From: Verrucomicrobiota bacterium | GTDB lineage: Bacteria; Verrucomicrobiota; Verrucomicrobiia; Verrucomicrobiales; V1-33 | Assembly: GCA_040386695.1 (NCBI GenBank) | Contig: JAZKFB010000004.1 | Coordinates: forward strand, 65,742 to 129,741 | Reading direction: 5' to 3' | DNA: 64,000 bases | Part shown: positions 42,019-51,424 of the stretch, one piece after another | Layout of the letters: every line of letters starts with the position of its first letter | Numbering within the stretch: position 1 is the stretch's first letter | Notes under the pieces: model-generated | Database searches by the model: none | Told to the model about the DNA's origin: nothing | The model's input: only the letters and a program-made list of their open reading frames with translations | Program-made: the position numbers and the translations under genes

Positions 42019-42828
42019 TTAAAGAATCGTGCTTCCCTTGAAAACCATATCCGCCGGACCGGTGAGAGTCACCTCGCGGAAGCTTTCGCCGTCCCGGGTG
42101 AAGCCGACCTCCAGGGTGTCGCCGCCCTTCACCTTCACCGAGATAGGGGAAGGATCGCCGCTGAGCAGATGGTGAATGATGGCGCTGGCGACCATGCCGG
42201 TGCCGCAGGCCAGGGTCTCGTCCTCCACCCCGCGCTCGTAGGTGCGGATGGCGATGGCCGAAGGCCCGGTGACGCTGGCAAAATTCGCGTTCGTGCCCTT
42301 CGGGGCGAAAGCGGTGTGGTAACGCAGGGCCGCGCCCCATTCCCGGATCGGGACCTCCTCCAGATTTTTCGTCAGCACGACCGCGTGGGGCACGCCGGTG
42401 TTCAGGAAATGCACGACCTGATTCGTGCCCGCCACGTCGAGGGTCAGGCCGGATTTCAAATCCACGGGGTCGCTCATGTTCAGCCGCACCTGATCACCGT
42501 GAAAGGTCGCGCCGATCACGCCGGCGGGGGTCTCGAAACTCACCTGCTCCAGCGACTGACCGTTGAGGAAATTCGTGAACCGCGCAAAACACCGCGCGCC
42601 ATTGCCGCACATCTCGGCCTCGCCGCCGTCGGCATTGTAATACCTCATGCGGAAATCCGCGCCGTTCTCCGCCGGCTCCACCGCCAGCAGTCCATCCGCG
42701 CCCACGCCCCGGTGGCGGTCGCAGAGGCGGGCGATGGCCGCGCCGTCCAGGCGGTGGCGCAGGTCGCGGTTGTCAATGACCACAAAGTCATTGCCCGCGC
42801 CGTTCATTTTCCAGAATTCAATCTCCAT
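42019..42828 (-). CDS. dapF: diaminopimelate epimerase
   Basis: KMNGAGNDFVVID, CGNGARCFARF and the second active-site Cys region ETLACGTG are all present. Confidence 0.9.
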   Translation of the reverse strand: MEIEFWKMNGAGNDFVVIDNRDLRHRLDGAAIARLCDRHRGVGADGLLAVEPAENGADFRMRYYNADGGEAEMCGNGARCFARFTNFLNGQSLEQVSFETPAGVIGATFHGDQVRLNMSDPVDLKSGLTLDVAGTNQVVHFLNTGVPHAVVLTKNLEEVPIREWGAALRYHTAFAPKGTNANFASVTGPSAIAIRTYERGVEDETLACGTGMVASAIIHHLLSGDPSPISVKVKGGDTLEVGFTRDGESFREVTLTGPADMVFKGSTIL

Positions 42829-42856
42829 ATCATCAAACAGGCTTTTAAAAAGGGGC

Positions 42857-43663
42857 TTAAACGGACTTCACGGCATCAACAAGCGGTTTCACAAACGCCG
42901 CCAGCTCCGCCTGCGCCCTTGGCGTTCCTCCGTGGGTCTGAATGACTTTCACAATGGCGCTGCCCACCACCACACCGTCGGCGGACTGCGCGACCTCCCG
43001 CGCCTGCTCCGGGGTGGAGATGCCGAAACCGACGCAGACGGGAGCGGTGACGCCGCCCGCTTTGATCACCGCGACCTGGCTGCCGATGTTGGTGGCCAGA
43101 GTCGTCTGCGCCCCGGTCACGCCCTCACGGGAGATGTAGTAAATAAAACCCTGCGCGCCCGCCGCCAGCTGATGGATGCGCGCCTCCGGCGTGGTCGGCG
43201 CGATGAGGCAGATGCGCTGGAGACTTTTTCCGCCCAGCAGCTCCTCATTCAGCGGGGCCTCGTCCGGCGGCAGATCCAGGAGCAGCACCCCATCGGCTCC
43301 GGCGGCGGCGGCATCCGTGTGGAATTTCTCGAATCCGTAGGCGTAGACCGGATTCAGATAAGTGAAAAGCACGAGCGGAATCTGCGACACCTCCCGGATG
43401 CGGCGGATCAGTTCCATCACGCCCACCGTGGTCGCCCCGGCTTCCAGCGCCCGCTGCGCCGCCAGCTGATTCACGATTCCGTCCGCCAGCGGATCGGAGA
43501 ACGGCAGCCCCAGCTCAATCACGTCCGCCCCGCAGGCCTCCAGCGTCAGCACATTGGCCAGCGTCTCCTCCATGGACGGGTCCCCGGCGGCGATGTAGGC
43601 GACAAAGGCCCGGCGGCCGGACTGGCGCAGGGCGGCGAAAGTTTGATCGAGACGGGAGGGCAT
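42857..43663 (-). CDS. trpA: tryptophan synthase alpha chain
   Basis: Start trimmed to the ATG at 43663. Motifs are FVAYIAAGDP, GADVIELGLPFSDPLADG and YYISREGVTG...GFGIS. Confidence 0.9.
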   Translation of the reverse strand: MPSRLDQTFAALRQSGRRAFVAYIAAGDPSMEETLANVLTLEACGADVIELGLPFSDPLADGIVNQLAAQRALEAGATTVGVMELIRRIREVSQIPLVLFTYLNPVYAYGFEKFHTDAAAAGADGVLLLDLPPDEAPLNEELLGGKSLQRICLIAPTTPEARIHQLAAGAQGFIYYISREGVTGAQTTLATNIGSQVAVIKAGGVTAPVCVGFGISTPEQAREVAQSADGVVVGSAIVKVIQTHGGTPRAQAELAAFVKPLVDAVKSV

Positions 43664-43869
43664 GGGAAAATCCGCGCGCACGGCGGGCCGGAGACATACC
43701 CCGTCCCCACCGCAGGGCAAGCGCCCGGAACGTCTTCGGCAAACCATTACCGTATGCCATCCGGGCGGCATGAAATTACCCAGGCTTCCTGCCTCTCAAG
43801 CGGAATCCCCCTGATTTGCCGGCTTTGATTCTGACAAAAAGCAGGTTATAAAGGGCAGAAACCCGATTC

Positions 43870-45063
43870 ATGACACCAGAAGAACTGACAGCCCTGATTC
43901 TTGCCGGCGAGAAGGACCACGTGGAACGCACACGGTCCACAACGGACACCAACAAATTCCGCGAAGCAATCTGTGCTTTTTCCAATGACCTGCCCGGACA
44001 CGGGAAAGCGGGATTCTTGCTTATCGGAGTAGCCGATAATGGGGACCCGGTCGGCCTTGAAGCCACGGATGCCCTTCTCAAACAATTCACCAACTACCGC
44101 GATGACGGCCAAATCCTGCCCCAACCCTTAGTTAGTGTAACCCACCAGGCCCATCCACAGGGAGGTGGTGATGTCATCATCGTGGAAGTTCTTCCCCACG
44201 ATCTGCCTCCTGTGCGTTTCAAAGGACGCACCCATATTCGAGTTGGTCCCCGCAAAGGCACCGCCAGCGAATCCGAGGAACGCGTGCTCATGGAGCGCCG
44301 CAGCTCGAATTTCCCGACATTTGATGCCACGCCCTGCCCTGAAGGCGAATTGCGGCGCATGGACACCGAGACCTTCCGGCTGACTTACCGTCGGCAGGCC
44401 ATCGCACCGGAGGTGATTGCCGAAAATCACCGCAGCGTGGAGGAACAGTTCGCCGCACTCCGTTTTTACAATCTTCGGCGGAATTGCCCGACCAATGCCG
44501 GGATGCTCGTTTTTGGTGACGATCCGCTCGATATTTTCCCCGGCGCCAAAGTTCAGTTCGTTCAGTTTGCGGGTTCCGATCTGGCGGACGAGGTCCTCGC
44601 CGATAAAATGTTCACGGGAAATATCATCACGCTTCTCGCTGAAATGGACAGCTTTCTGAAAGGCAGGTTTACGCAAAAGCCTGTGCCTGTTTCCGATCTC
44701 CGGGAGGAGACGGTCTTCGATTTTCCCAGAGAAGCGGTCAGGGAGCTTCTGATGAACGCCATTGTTCACCGCGATTACCAGTCCACCAGCCCCGTGCGTT
44801 TCTATCAATTCAGCGACCGCATTGAAATTCAAAATCCCGGCGGGCTGTACGGCGATGCCTCGCCGGAAAACTTTCCACGGGTTAATTCCTACCGTAATCC
44901 CATCATTGCCGAAGCCATGCATGTTCTCGGCTATGTGAACCGGTTTGGCCGCGGGATCGCCCGCGCCAAACGGGCATTGTCGGAAAACGGCAGCCCGGAC
45001 GCCAGGTTTGATTTTCAAACCAGTCACTTTCTTGCCGTTATCCCTAAACATTCCCTGCGATGA
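43870..45063 (+). CDS. AlbA_2/Schlafen-like DNA-binding domain + HATPase_c_4-like (RecG-C-like) ATP-binding protein
   Basis: 397 aa. The N-terminus has E..HVERTRS...FREAICAFSNDLPGHGKAGFLLIGVADNGDPVG (AlbA_2 pattern). The C-terminus has VRELLMNAIVHRDYQ...IEIQNPGGLY...RNPIIAEAM...VNRFGRGI. Confidence 0.8.
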   Translation: MTPEELTALILAGEKDHVERTRSTTDTNKFREAICAFSNDLPGHGKAGFLLIGVADNGDPVGLEATDALLKQFTNYRDDGQILPQPLVSVTHQAHPQGGGDVIIVEVLPHDLPPVRFKGRTHIRVGPRKGTASESEERVLMERRSSNFPTFDATPCPEGELRRMDTETFRLTYRRQAIAPEVIAENHRSVEEQFAALRFYNLRRNCPTNAGMLVFGDDPLDIFPGAKVQFVQFAGSDLADEVLADKMFTGNIITLLAEMDSFLKGRFTQKPVPVSDLREETVFDFPREAVRELLMNAIVHRDYQSTSPVRFYQFSDRIEIQNPGGLYGDASPENFPRVNSYRNPIIAEAMHVLGYVNRFGRGIARAKRALSENGSPDARFDFQTSHFLAVIPKHSLR

Positions 45064-46067
45064 AAATTCTCTCTTTTTTCAACAATAAAGGGGGAGTCGG
45101 AAAAACCACGCTGGTTTATCACCTGGCGTGGATGTTTGCCGATATGGGCAAACGCGTGCTTGTGGCTGACCTTGATCCTCAGGCCAACCTGACCTCCATG
45201 TTCCTGAATGACCGGGAATTGGAATCTCTATGGGACCCCGACGACGGGAAACATCGGAGTATCATGGCTCCTCTCCGGCCCCTGATTGAAGGGGTTGGCG
45301 ATATCAGCGAAAGTCCCTTTCATCAAATTTCTCCGGAAATCAGACTTATCCCCGGGGATCTTGATCTCTCGAATTTTGAATACAACCTCTCCGACGCGTG
45401 GGGCAAATGTCTGGACCGGCAGCCGTCGGCTTTCCGCATCACCAGCTCGCTTCACCGCATTGTAAACCAAGCTGCTGAGGACTTTAACGCGGATCTGGTA
45501 TTTATTGATGTCGGGCCGAATTTTGGTGCCATCAACCGCGCGGCATTGCTCAGCGCGCACGCCCTTGTGGTGCCCGTGGCTCCGGATCTTTTTTCCCTTC
45601 AGGGGCTGCGTAATCTCGGTCCCACTCTTGCCCGATGGAGACAGGATTGGAAAAAACGACTGGCGGAAAATCCCGTTTATGGATTGCTGCTCCCCGAAGG
45701 ACTGATGAATCCTTTGGGATATGTGGTGATCCAATTCGGAATCCATGACAGCCAGCCGATCAAAGCTTACGATAAATGGGCTCGTCGGATCCCAGCCACT
45801 TTTGCCGAGAAAGTGCTGAACCTGCCTGCAAATCCGTTTCTGGATTCTTCAGACAATCCTCACTGCCTCGGACTTCTGAAACATTATCGAAGTCTCATGC
45901 CTATGGCGATGGAGGCCAGAAAGCCCATTTTTCACCTCAAAGCGGCCGATGGCGCCATCGGCGCCCATTCGGCCAGTGTCAAAAATTGCGAGGAGGATTT
46001 CCGGCGGCTTGCCAACGCGATTCTGAATCAACTGGAGGGCATGCCCTTCCTGCAGGCGTGTTACTGA
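45060..46067 (+). CDS. orphan ParA/MinD-superfamily P-loop ATPase with a C-terminal extension
   Basis: Deviant Walker A FNNKGGVGKTT, then VADLDPQANLT and DLVFIDVGP. The ATG overlaps the upstream stop codon (ATGA at 45060-45063). Confidence 0.85.
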   Translation: MKILSFFNNKGGVGKTTLVYHLAWMFADMGKRVLVADLDPQANLTSMFLNDRELESLWDPDDGKHRSIMAPLRPLIEGVGDISESPFHQISPEIRLIPGDLDLSNFEYNLSDAWGKCLDRQPSAFRITSSLHRIVNQAAEDFNADLVFIDVGPNFGAINRAALLSAHALVVPVAPDLFSLQGLRNLGPTLARWRQDWKKRLAENPVYGLLLPEGLMNPLGYVVIQFGIHDSQPIKAYDKWARRIPATFAEKVLNLPANPFLDSSDNPHCLGLLKHYRSLMPMAMEARKPIFHLKAADGAIGAHSASVKNCEEDFRRLANAILNQLEGMPFLQACY

Positions 46068-46172
46068 CGCATCAGGGCACAGTGGGGATTGCTGTTTAAA
46101 GATCCCAGAACTTGAAACTCGGATTTCCCATCCATCACGAATTTTTTCCTCCACATTTGGAAAACTTCAGCC

Positions 46173-46212
46173 GCCCGGTCTTCGGATTGTTCAATTTGAC
46201 CGAAGACCGGGC
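46173..46212. terminator. hairpin between convergent genes (putative bidirectional terminator)
   Basis: 13-bp perfect stem GCCCGGTCTTCGG / CCGAAGACCGGGC with a 14-nt loop. No strong T-run on either side. Confidence 0.5.
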
Positions 46213-46228
46213 ACTTTAACAAAAACGG

Positions 46229-47305
46229 TCACAGTTTGCCCATGGAGTCGTCGAGGGCGGCGATGAGTTCGCCGATGGTTTCGGCGGTTTCGTCGCCCAT
46301 GTTGGAGAGGCGGAAGGTGGTGCCTTTGATCTTGCCGTAACCGCCGTCGATGGCCATTTGATGGTCCTTTTTCATGATGGACACCAGCTTGGCGGTGTCG
46401 ATCTCCCGGTTGTTTTTGACGCAGGTGAGGGACTTCGAACGGTAGCCTTCCGGTGCGAGGAAATCGAGGCCCTGGCGGCGCACCCAGTCGTGGACGAGAC
46501 CGTTCAGCTCCGCGTGGCGGGCGTAACGGGCTTCCAGGCCTTCGGCGAGGATGTCCTCCATCTTGCTTTCCAGGGCGTAGATCAGCGGGATCACCGGGGT
46601 GCTGGGAGTCATGAGGTTGTCCGCGTTTTTGCGGAACTCCACGAAATCGAAATAATACCCGCGGTCCTTCACGGTGGCGGCTTTGGCCAGAGCGGCGTCG
46701 CTGATGGCGAAAAGCGCCATGCCCGGCGGCATCGCGAGAGCTTTCTGCGTGCCCAGCAGCATCACGTCCACGCCGAGTTCATCGAACGGTGTCGGCACCG
46801 CGCTGAAACTGCTGACGGTGTCGGTGATGAGGCTGACGCCGGGGTATTTTTTGACGACGGCGGCGATTTCCTTCAGCGGATTGAGGACCCCGGTGGAGGT
46901 TTCGTTGTGCACGAGGGTCACGGCGTCAAAACCGCCGGCGGCAAGGCGCTCATCCACCATTTCCGCCGTGATCGGCTGGCCCCACTCGACTTTAAGGGCT
47001 TCGGCCTGTTTGCCGCAGGCCAGGGAAACGTCATACCACTTGTCTGAAAATGCGCCGCAGCAGCAGTTGAGCACTTTCTGTGTCACCAGATTGCGGATGG
47101 AGCCCTCCATGACGCCCCAGGCGGAGGAGGTGGAAAGAAACACGGGCCGCGTGGTGCCGAACACCTGCTGCAGCATTGGCATGATGCGGCCGTAAAGCGC
47201 CTGAAAATCCTTGCTGCGGTGACCCATCATCGGCCGAGTGAGGGCCTGGGTGGTTTTGGGGCTGACTTCGACAGGACCGGGGATGAAGAGCTTCGTGTGT
47301 GACAT
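46229..47305 (-). CDS. class V aminotransferase (serine-pyruvate / alanine-glyoxylate aminotransferase family)
   Basis: The ATG at 47305 gives MSHTKLFIPGPVEVSP.... Also has HNETSTG and the GTQKALAMPPG region (putative PLP Lys). Confidence 0.85.
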   Translation of the reverse strand: MSHTKLFIPGPVEVSPKTTQALTRPMMGHRSKDFQALYGRIMPMLQQVFGTTRPVFLSTSSAWGVMEGSIRNLVTQKVLNCCCGAFSDKWYDVSLACGKQAEALKVEWGQPITAEMVDERLAAGGFDAVTLVHNETSTGVLNPLKEIAAVVKKYPGVSLITDTVSSFSAVPTPFDELGVDVMLLGTQKALAMPPGMALFAISDAALAKAATVKDRGYYFDFVEFRKNADNLMTPSTPVIPLIYALESKMEDILAEGLEARYARHAELNGLVHDWVRRQGLDFLAPEGYRSKSLTCVKNNREIDTAKLVSIMKKDHQMAIDGGYGKIKGTTFRLSNMGDETAETIGELIAALDDSMGKL

Positions 47306-47349
47306 GGAGGGAATGGAGGACAGGGGGAGCACGGACTCCGGGGCGGGAG

Positions 47350-49908
47350 TCAACGGGAGTCCGGCCAGATTTTGTATTGCAGCAGGAGTTTGTTCACGAG
47401 ATCGGCAGCGGCACGACCGCGGGGGCCGGGAGCTTTGGCCAACTTTTTCACAATCTCAACGGCTTCCTCATACTTTCCGGCATCCTCCAGCAGCCGCCGG
47501 GCTTTTTCCCCCGCCCGGTGAAACCAGAAATCCTCCGGCGGCGGGTCCGCGGGCAGCGCGGGCGTGACCGGCGGGTCGCTCAGAATGTCATAATAAGCCT
47601 CCAGCGCCTCCGGCAGGCGCTTCAGCGCCTCCAGACACACGCCTTTGCGGAACATCGTCTGGTGCTTCCAGTCGGCGGGCACTTTAGGGTCGCGGATCAG
47701 CTCATCAAAGGACGTCAGCCCCTCCCGGATCTCCTCCGGTTTCCGGCCGGGGGCCGCCAGCAGTTCCCCCCGCACGCTCAGCGCCTGCCAGCGGGTGGTC
47801 CGGTCCACGGCCGGAATGGCGGGCGGCGCGGCCGCCAGAATCTCGTCCACCAGCTGCAGCGCGGCGTCACCTTTCCGCAGCCGCTGATTTAAAAGGGCCT
47901 CCTGCAGGCGGGCCTGCCATTTCAGTTTGCCGTTTCTCTGGAAAACCTCCTCCCACAGGCTGACCGCCTGATCGTAGTTGGCGGGTCCCAGGGCCAGCGC
48001 CGCCTTGCCCGCCCAGAAAACCGCCGCCTCCGCCAGCGGCCCCTGCTGGTCATCACGGGCCAGGGTCTCGAACTGCTGGCGGGCCGCGCTGTACTGCTGC
48101 CGGAGGTAATACATCTCCGCCACTTTCATGCGCAGATCCGAGCGGTCGGCGGAAAGCGGCCAGGTTTCCAGAAATTTCGCCGCTTTGCCCGCCAGCGCCT
48201 CCTGCCCTCCGGAGATTTCGGCCACATAGACATCCAGCAGATCCGCCCGCTCCCGCCGGGCGGGATCGTCCCCCGCCGCCGTCCGCGCCCGGGCCACCCA
48301 GCGCTCCGCCTCCGCCGCGCGCGGGGGATCGGCCCGCAGGTTCAGTTCCGCCAGAGCGATCAGGGCATCAAAATAACGCGCATGATCCGGCAGGGTGGCC
48401 ACAAAGGATTTCAGCCCCTCCATGGCCTCCTCCTGGCCGCGCGAGGCCATGTGCAGCGCGCGCTCCAGCTGAAACTCCGCGCCGGCCATCCGGTATTCCG
48501 CCAGCGGCGAGGCCTCCAGAACCGCCAGCTCCTCCAGCGCCTGCCCGGCGCCGGACTGGAGTTCCGCCACGGCGGCATTGTAGGCGGCGGCGGCGCGCAC
48601 CGACGGATCCGGGGACTGCTGCCCGGCCTGCCGGAAGTTCTGACTGGCCCTGCGGTAACTGCCCGCATCGTAATCCGCCTGCCCCGCCACCCAGTCGGCC
48701 CAGGCCAGCAGGGCCGGGCCCGGGGAAAGATGCCGCAGCTTTTTCAGCACGGAAACCGCCTCCGCCCGCCGTTTCTGAACCGTGTAAAACTGCGCCTGAC
48801 GCAGCAGCGCCTCCGGCAGCAGCGGACTGCCGGTCAGATCCCCGGGAATCGCGGCCCAGGCGGCTTCCGCCGCTTTCAGTTCCCCGGGCGTGTCGGCATC
48901 CGGGGCATCCGCGGCCCCGGCCTCCAGAGCCGCCGCCAGAGCGAATCCGGCGCGCGCCTTCACCTGCGGATCCGGTGAAGCCGCCAGAGTGGCCAGAAAC
49001 GCCTGCGTTTCCTTCGCCGGGGGATTGTTCATGGACTCCAGCTCCCGGAAAGCCGGGGCCAGCACCTCCGGCACCGGCACCGGTGAAAGAACGAGCAGCT
49101 GCTTCAGCACCGGCAGCGCCTCCAGCGAACGCCCCGCCGCCCGCAGCGCCCGCACCCGGCCCAGCATCGCGGCCTGGCGCAGACGCGCCGGCGTCCGGCC
49201 GGAATTCTCCGTGATCAGCGAGAACAGGGACTCCGCGCCCGCCGCGTCCCCCATGGCCAGGGCCACCCGCCCCCGCACATAACGCACCGCCGCCTCCCAC
49301 GGCGCGGGCAGCGAGGCCTGCGCCGGCAGAAGCTCCGAGGCTTCCCGCGCTTTCCCGATGGAGAGCAGCAGCTCCGCGGACCACAGCCGCGCCCGCACCT
49401 GGTGCTCACCGCCGCCGGACGCCGCGGTCAGCGGAGCCAGCAGCCGCAGCGCGCGCGGAACATCGCCGAGGGCGGCCTGCATCCCGGCCTGGCAAAAAAC
49501 CGTCTCCACCGCGTAACGAAAATCCGGAAGCCCCGCCAATGCCTCAAAATCCTTCTCCGCCCCGCGCCATTCCCCCAGTTTGCCCAGGGCCTGGGCATGC
49601 CAGAAACGGGCCTCCGGCAGCGCCTTCAAATCGGGGGATTCCGTCAAAACCCTCGCCTCCGCCGCCTGCCCCGCCCGCACCTGAGCCTCGGCCAGCAGCA
49701 GTTGCACCGCCGTCCGCGCCGGGCCTTTGACTCCCGGGCCGGCCAGCAGACGCGTGAGCTTCACCACCGCCACTTCCGGCAGCCGGTCGCGCAGGGCATT
49801 CACCGACAATTTGTATTCCGGGATTTTGGCCAGTCCGTTGTCCACCGTCTGGGCTCCTGCCAGCGGCAACCAGCCCAGGGTGAAAACGCAGCAGCAGAGC
49901 AACTTCAT
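47350..49908 (-). CDS. secreted TPR-repeat protein
   Basis: The ATG at 49908 gives a signal peptide MKLLCCCVFTLGWLPLAGA. It is followed by about 850 aa of Ala/Leu/Arg-rich helical repeats with TPR-like periodicity. Confidence 0.75.
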   Translation of the reverse strand: MKLLCCCVFTLGWLPLAGAQTVDNGLAKIPEYKLSVNALRDRLPEVAVVKLTRLLAGPGVKGPARTAVQLLLAEAQVRAGQAAEARVLTESPDLKALPEARFWHAQALGKLGEWRGAEKDFEALAGLPDFRYAVETVFCQAGMQAALGDVPRALRLLAPLTAASGGGEHQVRARLWSAELLLSIGKAREASELLPAQASLPAPWEAAVRYVRGRVALAMGDAAGAESLFSLITENSGRTPARLRQAAMLGRVRALRAAGRSLEALPVLKQLLVLSPVPVPEVLAPAFRELESMNNPPAKETQAFLATLAASPDPQVKARAGFALAAALEAGAADAPDADTPGELKAAEAAWAAIPGDLTGSPLLPEALLRQAQFYTVQKRRAEAVSVLKKLRHLSPGPALLAWADWVAGQADYDAGSYRRASQNFRQAGQQSPDPSVRAAAAYNAAVAELQSGAGQALEELAVLEASPLAEYRMAGAEFQLERALHMASRGQEEAMEGLKSFVATLPDHARYFDALIALAELNLRADPPRAAEAERWVARARTAAGDDPARRERADLLDVYVAEISGGQEALAGKAAKFLETWPLSADRSDLRMKVAEMYYLRQQYSAARQQFETLARDDQQGPLAEAAVFWAGKAALALGPANYDQAVSLWEEVFQRNGKLKWQARLQEALLNQRLRKGDAALQLVDEILAAAPPAIPAVDRTTRWQALSVRGELLAAPGRKPEEIREGLTSFDELIRDPKVPADWKHQTMFRKGVCLEALKRLPEALEAYYDILSDPPVTPALPADPPPEDFWFHRAGEKARRLLEDAGKYEEAVEIVKKLAKAPGPRGRAAADLVNKLLLQYKIWPDSR

Positions 49909-50041
49909 TCCGTAAGTAAGACCACGAAACTGCCCGCCCGCGCCCCGCAATGCAACCGCCACCTTCCCCGCAGGCGGACGGCCATTTCCCGGTGCCGCCG
50001 CCATGGCGCGCTGTGGCGGGGGCCGCTTTATTTCTTAAAGC

Positions 50042-50086
50042 CGATAGATCCTATAGGACCTATAGGTCTTATAAGTCCTATGTCCT
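50042..50086. repeat. tandem 9-bp repeat, 5 copies (CGATAGATC CTATAGGAC CTATAGGTC TTATAAGTC CTATGTCCT)
   Basis: Read directly from the sequence. Intergenic between the permease stop (50120) and the TPR gene start (49908). Confidence 0.75.
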
Positions 50087-50119
50087 GGAAATTGTTCCAC
50101 CCCGGCGGCGGCTGACATT

Positions 50120-51319
50120 TCAACTGTCCCGCAGCGCGGAGGCGATCGGCAGGCGGGCGGCGCGGATGGCGGGGAAAAACCCGCCGAGCAGCCCGAGAAT
50201 GGCGGCGGTGATGATGGCGACCACCAGGAGCTTCGGGGTGACGGCAAAAGCGAAGGTGACCTGGCTGAAGGTCTGAAAATTCATGGTCGCGGCCTGGTAA
50301 CCGTCAAAAGCGAAATACGCTCCCGCCGCGCCGATGATCCCGCCGAAAAGCGAGAGAGCGAGGGATTCCGCCAGCACCGAGAAAATCACGGGCATGGAGG
50401 AAAAGCCCAGCGCCCGCAGGGTCGCAATCTCGCGCGTCCGGCTGGAGACGGCGCTGTACATCGTGTTCAGGGCTCCAAAAAGCGCGCCGAAGGCCATCAT
50501 CACGGAGATGAAAACCCCGAAGCCGGTGATGAATCCGCTCAGCATCTCGGACTGGTCAGCGTAGAATTCACTGAGGGGTTTGACCTTGGTTTTCAGTTCC
50601 GGATTTTTCGTCAGGCCGTCCTTGAAAGCCTGGAAATCACTGTCGGATTTCAGCTTCACATACACCGACTGAAAAGTGGTGCCCCGGTTGTAAGCGGGCT
50701 GAAGCACGGCGGCGTCCGTCCAGATTTCGGAATCGGAAATCCCGCCGTCCGTGGAGAAAATGCCGACCACTTCCCAGGTGTTCTGACCGATTTTGAGCTG
50801 ACTTCCCAGATCCAGTCCCGAGAATTCACGGGCGGCTCCCGCTCCCACGATGATCTCGTTCTTGCCGGACTCAAAGCGCCGGCCCTGGAGCATTTTCACA
50901 TTCCCCCGCACCTCAAAGCCGGCGGACTGCACGCCGCGCAGAGGGACGTTGGCGTCGGTGCCGGTGGAGCGTTTGGGCAGATTGATGATGACAAACAGTT
51001 CGGCGGAAGCCAGAGGGCCCTCCGCATTGCGGGCGACTTCCGGAGCGTCGGAAATAATGCGCGTCTCATCCCGGGTGATGCCGCTGGTCATCTCGTTTTC
51101 CGCGCCGGTGCGCAGCACGATGGCCACGCCGGGGGTGGCCGCCGAGGTCATGGTTTTGCGGAATCCCTCGGCGATGGCCAGCACGCCCACCAGCACCGCG
51201 ACCACGCCGGCAATGCCCACGGCGGCGGAGATGGCGGAGCCTTTCCTCGCCGGGATGGAGCGCAGGCTGAAAAGCGAGACCGAGAAGAGCTGGGAAAACC
51301 AGTTGGAGAGTCCAGTCAC
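50120..51319 (-). CDS. ABC transporter permease (MacB/FtsX family)
   Basis: 399 aa with a GTG start. N-terminal TM segment, a large periplasmic domain, and a C-terminal FtsX-type 3-TM bundle (REIATLRALGFS). Confidence 0.85.
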   Translation of the reverse strand: MTGLSNWFSQLFSVSLFSLRSIPARKGSAISAAVGIAGVVAVLVGVLAIAEGFRKTMTSAATPGVAIVLRTGAENEMTSGITRDETRIISDAPEVARNAEGPLASAELFVIINLPKRSTGTDANVPLRGVQSAGFEVRGNVKMLQGRRFESGKNEIIVGAGAAREFSGLDLGSQLKIGQNTWEVVGIFSTDGGISDSEIWTDAAVLQPAYNRGTTFQSVYVKLKSDSDFQAFKDGLTKNPELKTKVKPLSEFYADQSEMLSGFITGFGVFISVMMAFGALFGALNTMYSAVSSRTREIATLRALGFSSMPVIFSVLAESLALSLFGGIIGAAGAYFAFDGYQAATMNFQTFSQVTFAFAVTPKLLVVAIITAAILGLLGGFFPAIRAARLPIASALRDS

Positions 51320-51424
51320 GGTGATGGGAAGGATTGGGGCGGAAAGGCCACAGTTGAAAAAATCGGAGGAAAGAAGCAGGAGGAACCGGAAGCGGCGGAC
51401 GCGCCCCCGGCGGAAAGGATCGGA

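Noticed and set aside
42857-43869. trpA lacking an adjacent trpB, considered as evidence that the AlbA_2/ParA island disrupted a trp operon.
   Set aside because: trpA appears to be organised with dapF and dapA on the same strand, and no trpB fragment is visible on either side of the island. Split trp genes are common, so the absence is not informative.
50042-50086. Tandem repeats (3443-3478, 50042-50086, 56073-56108) considered as CRISPR-like arrays.
   Set aside because: The period is only 9 bp with no spacers and at most 5 copies, and no cas genes are in the window. They are microsatellite-like repeats, not CRISPR.
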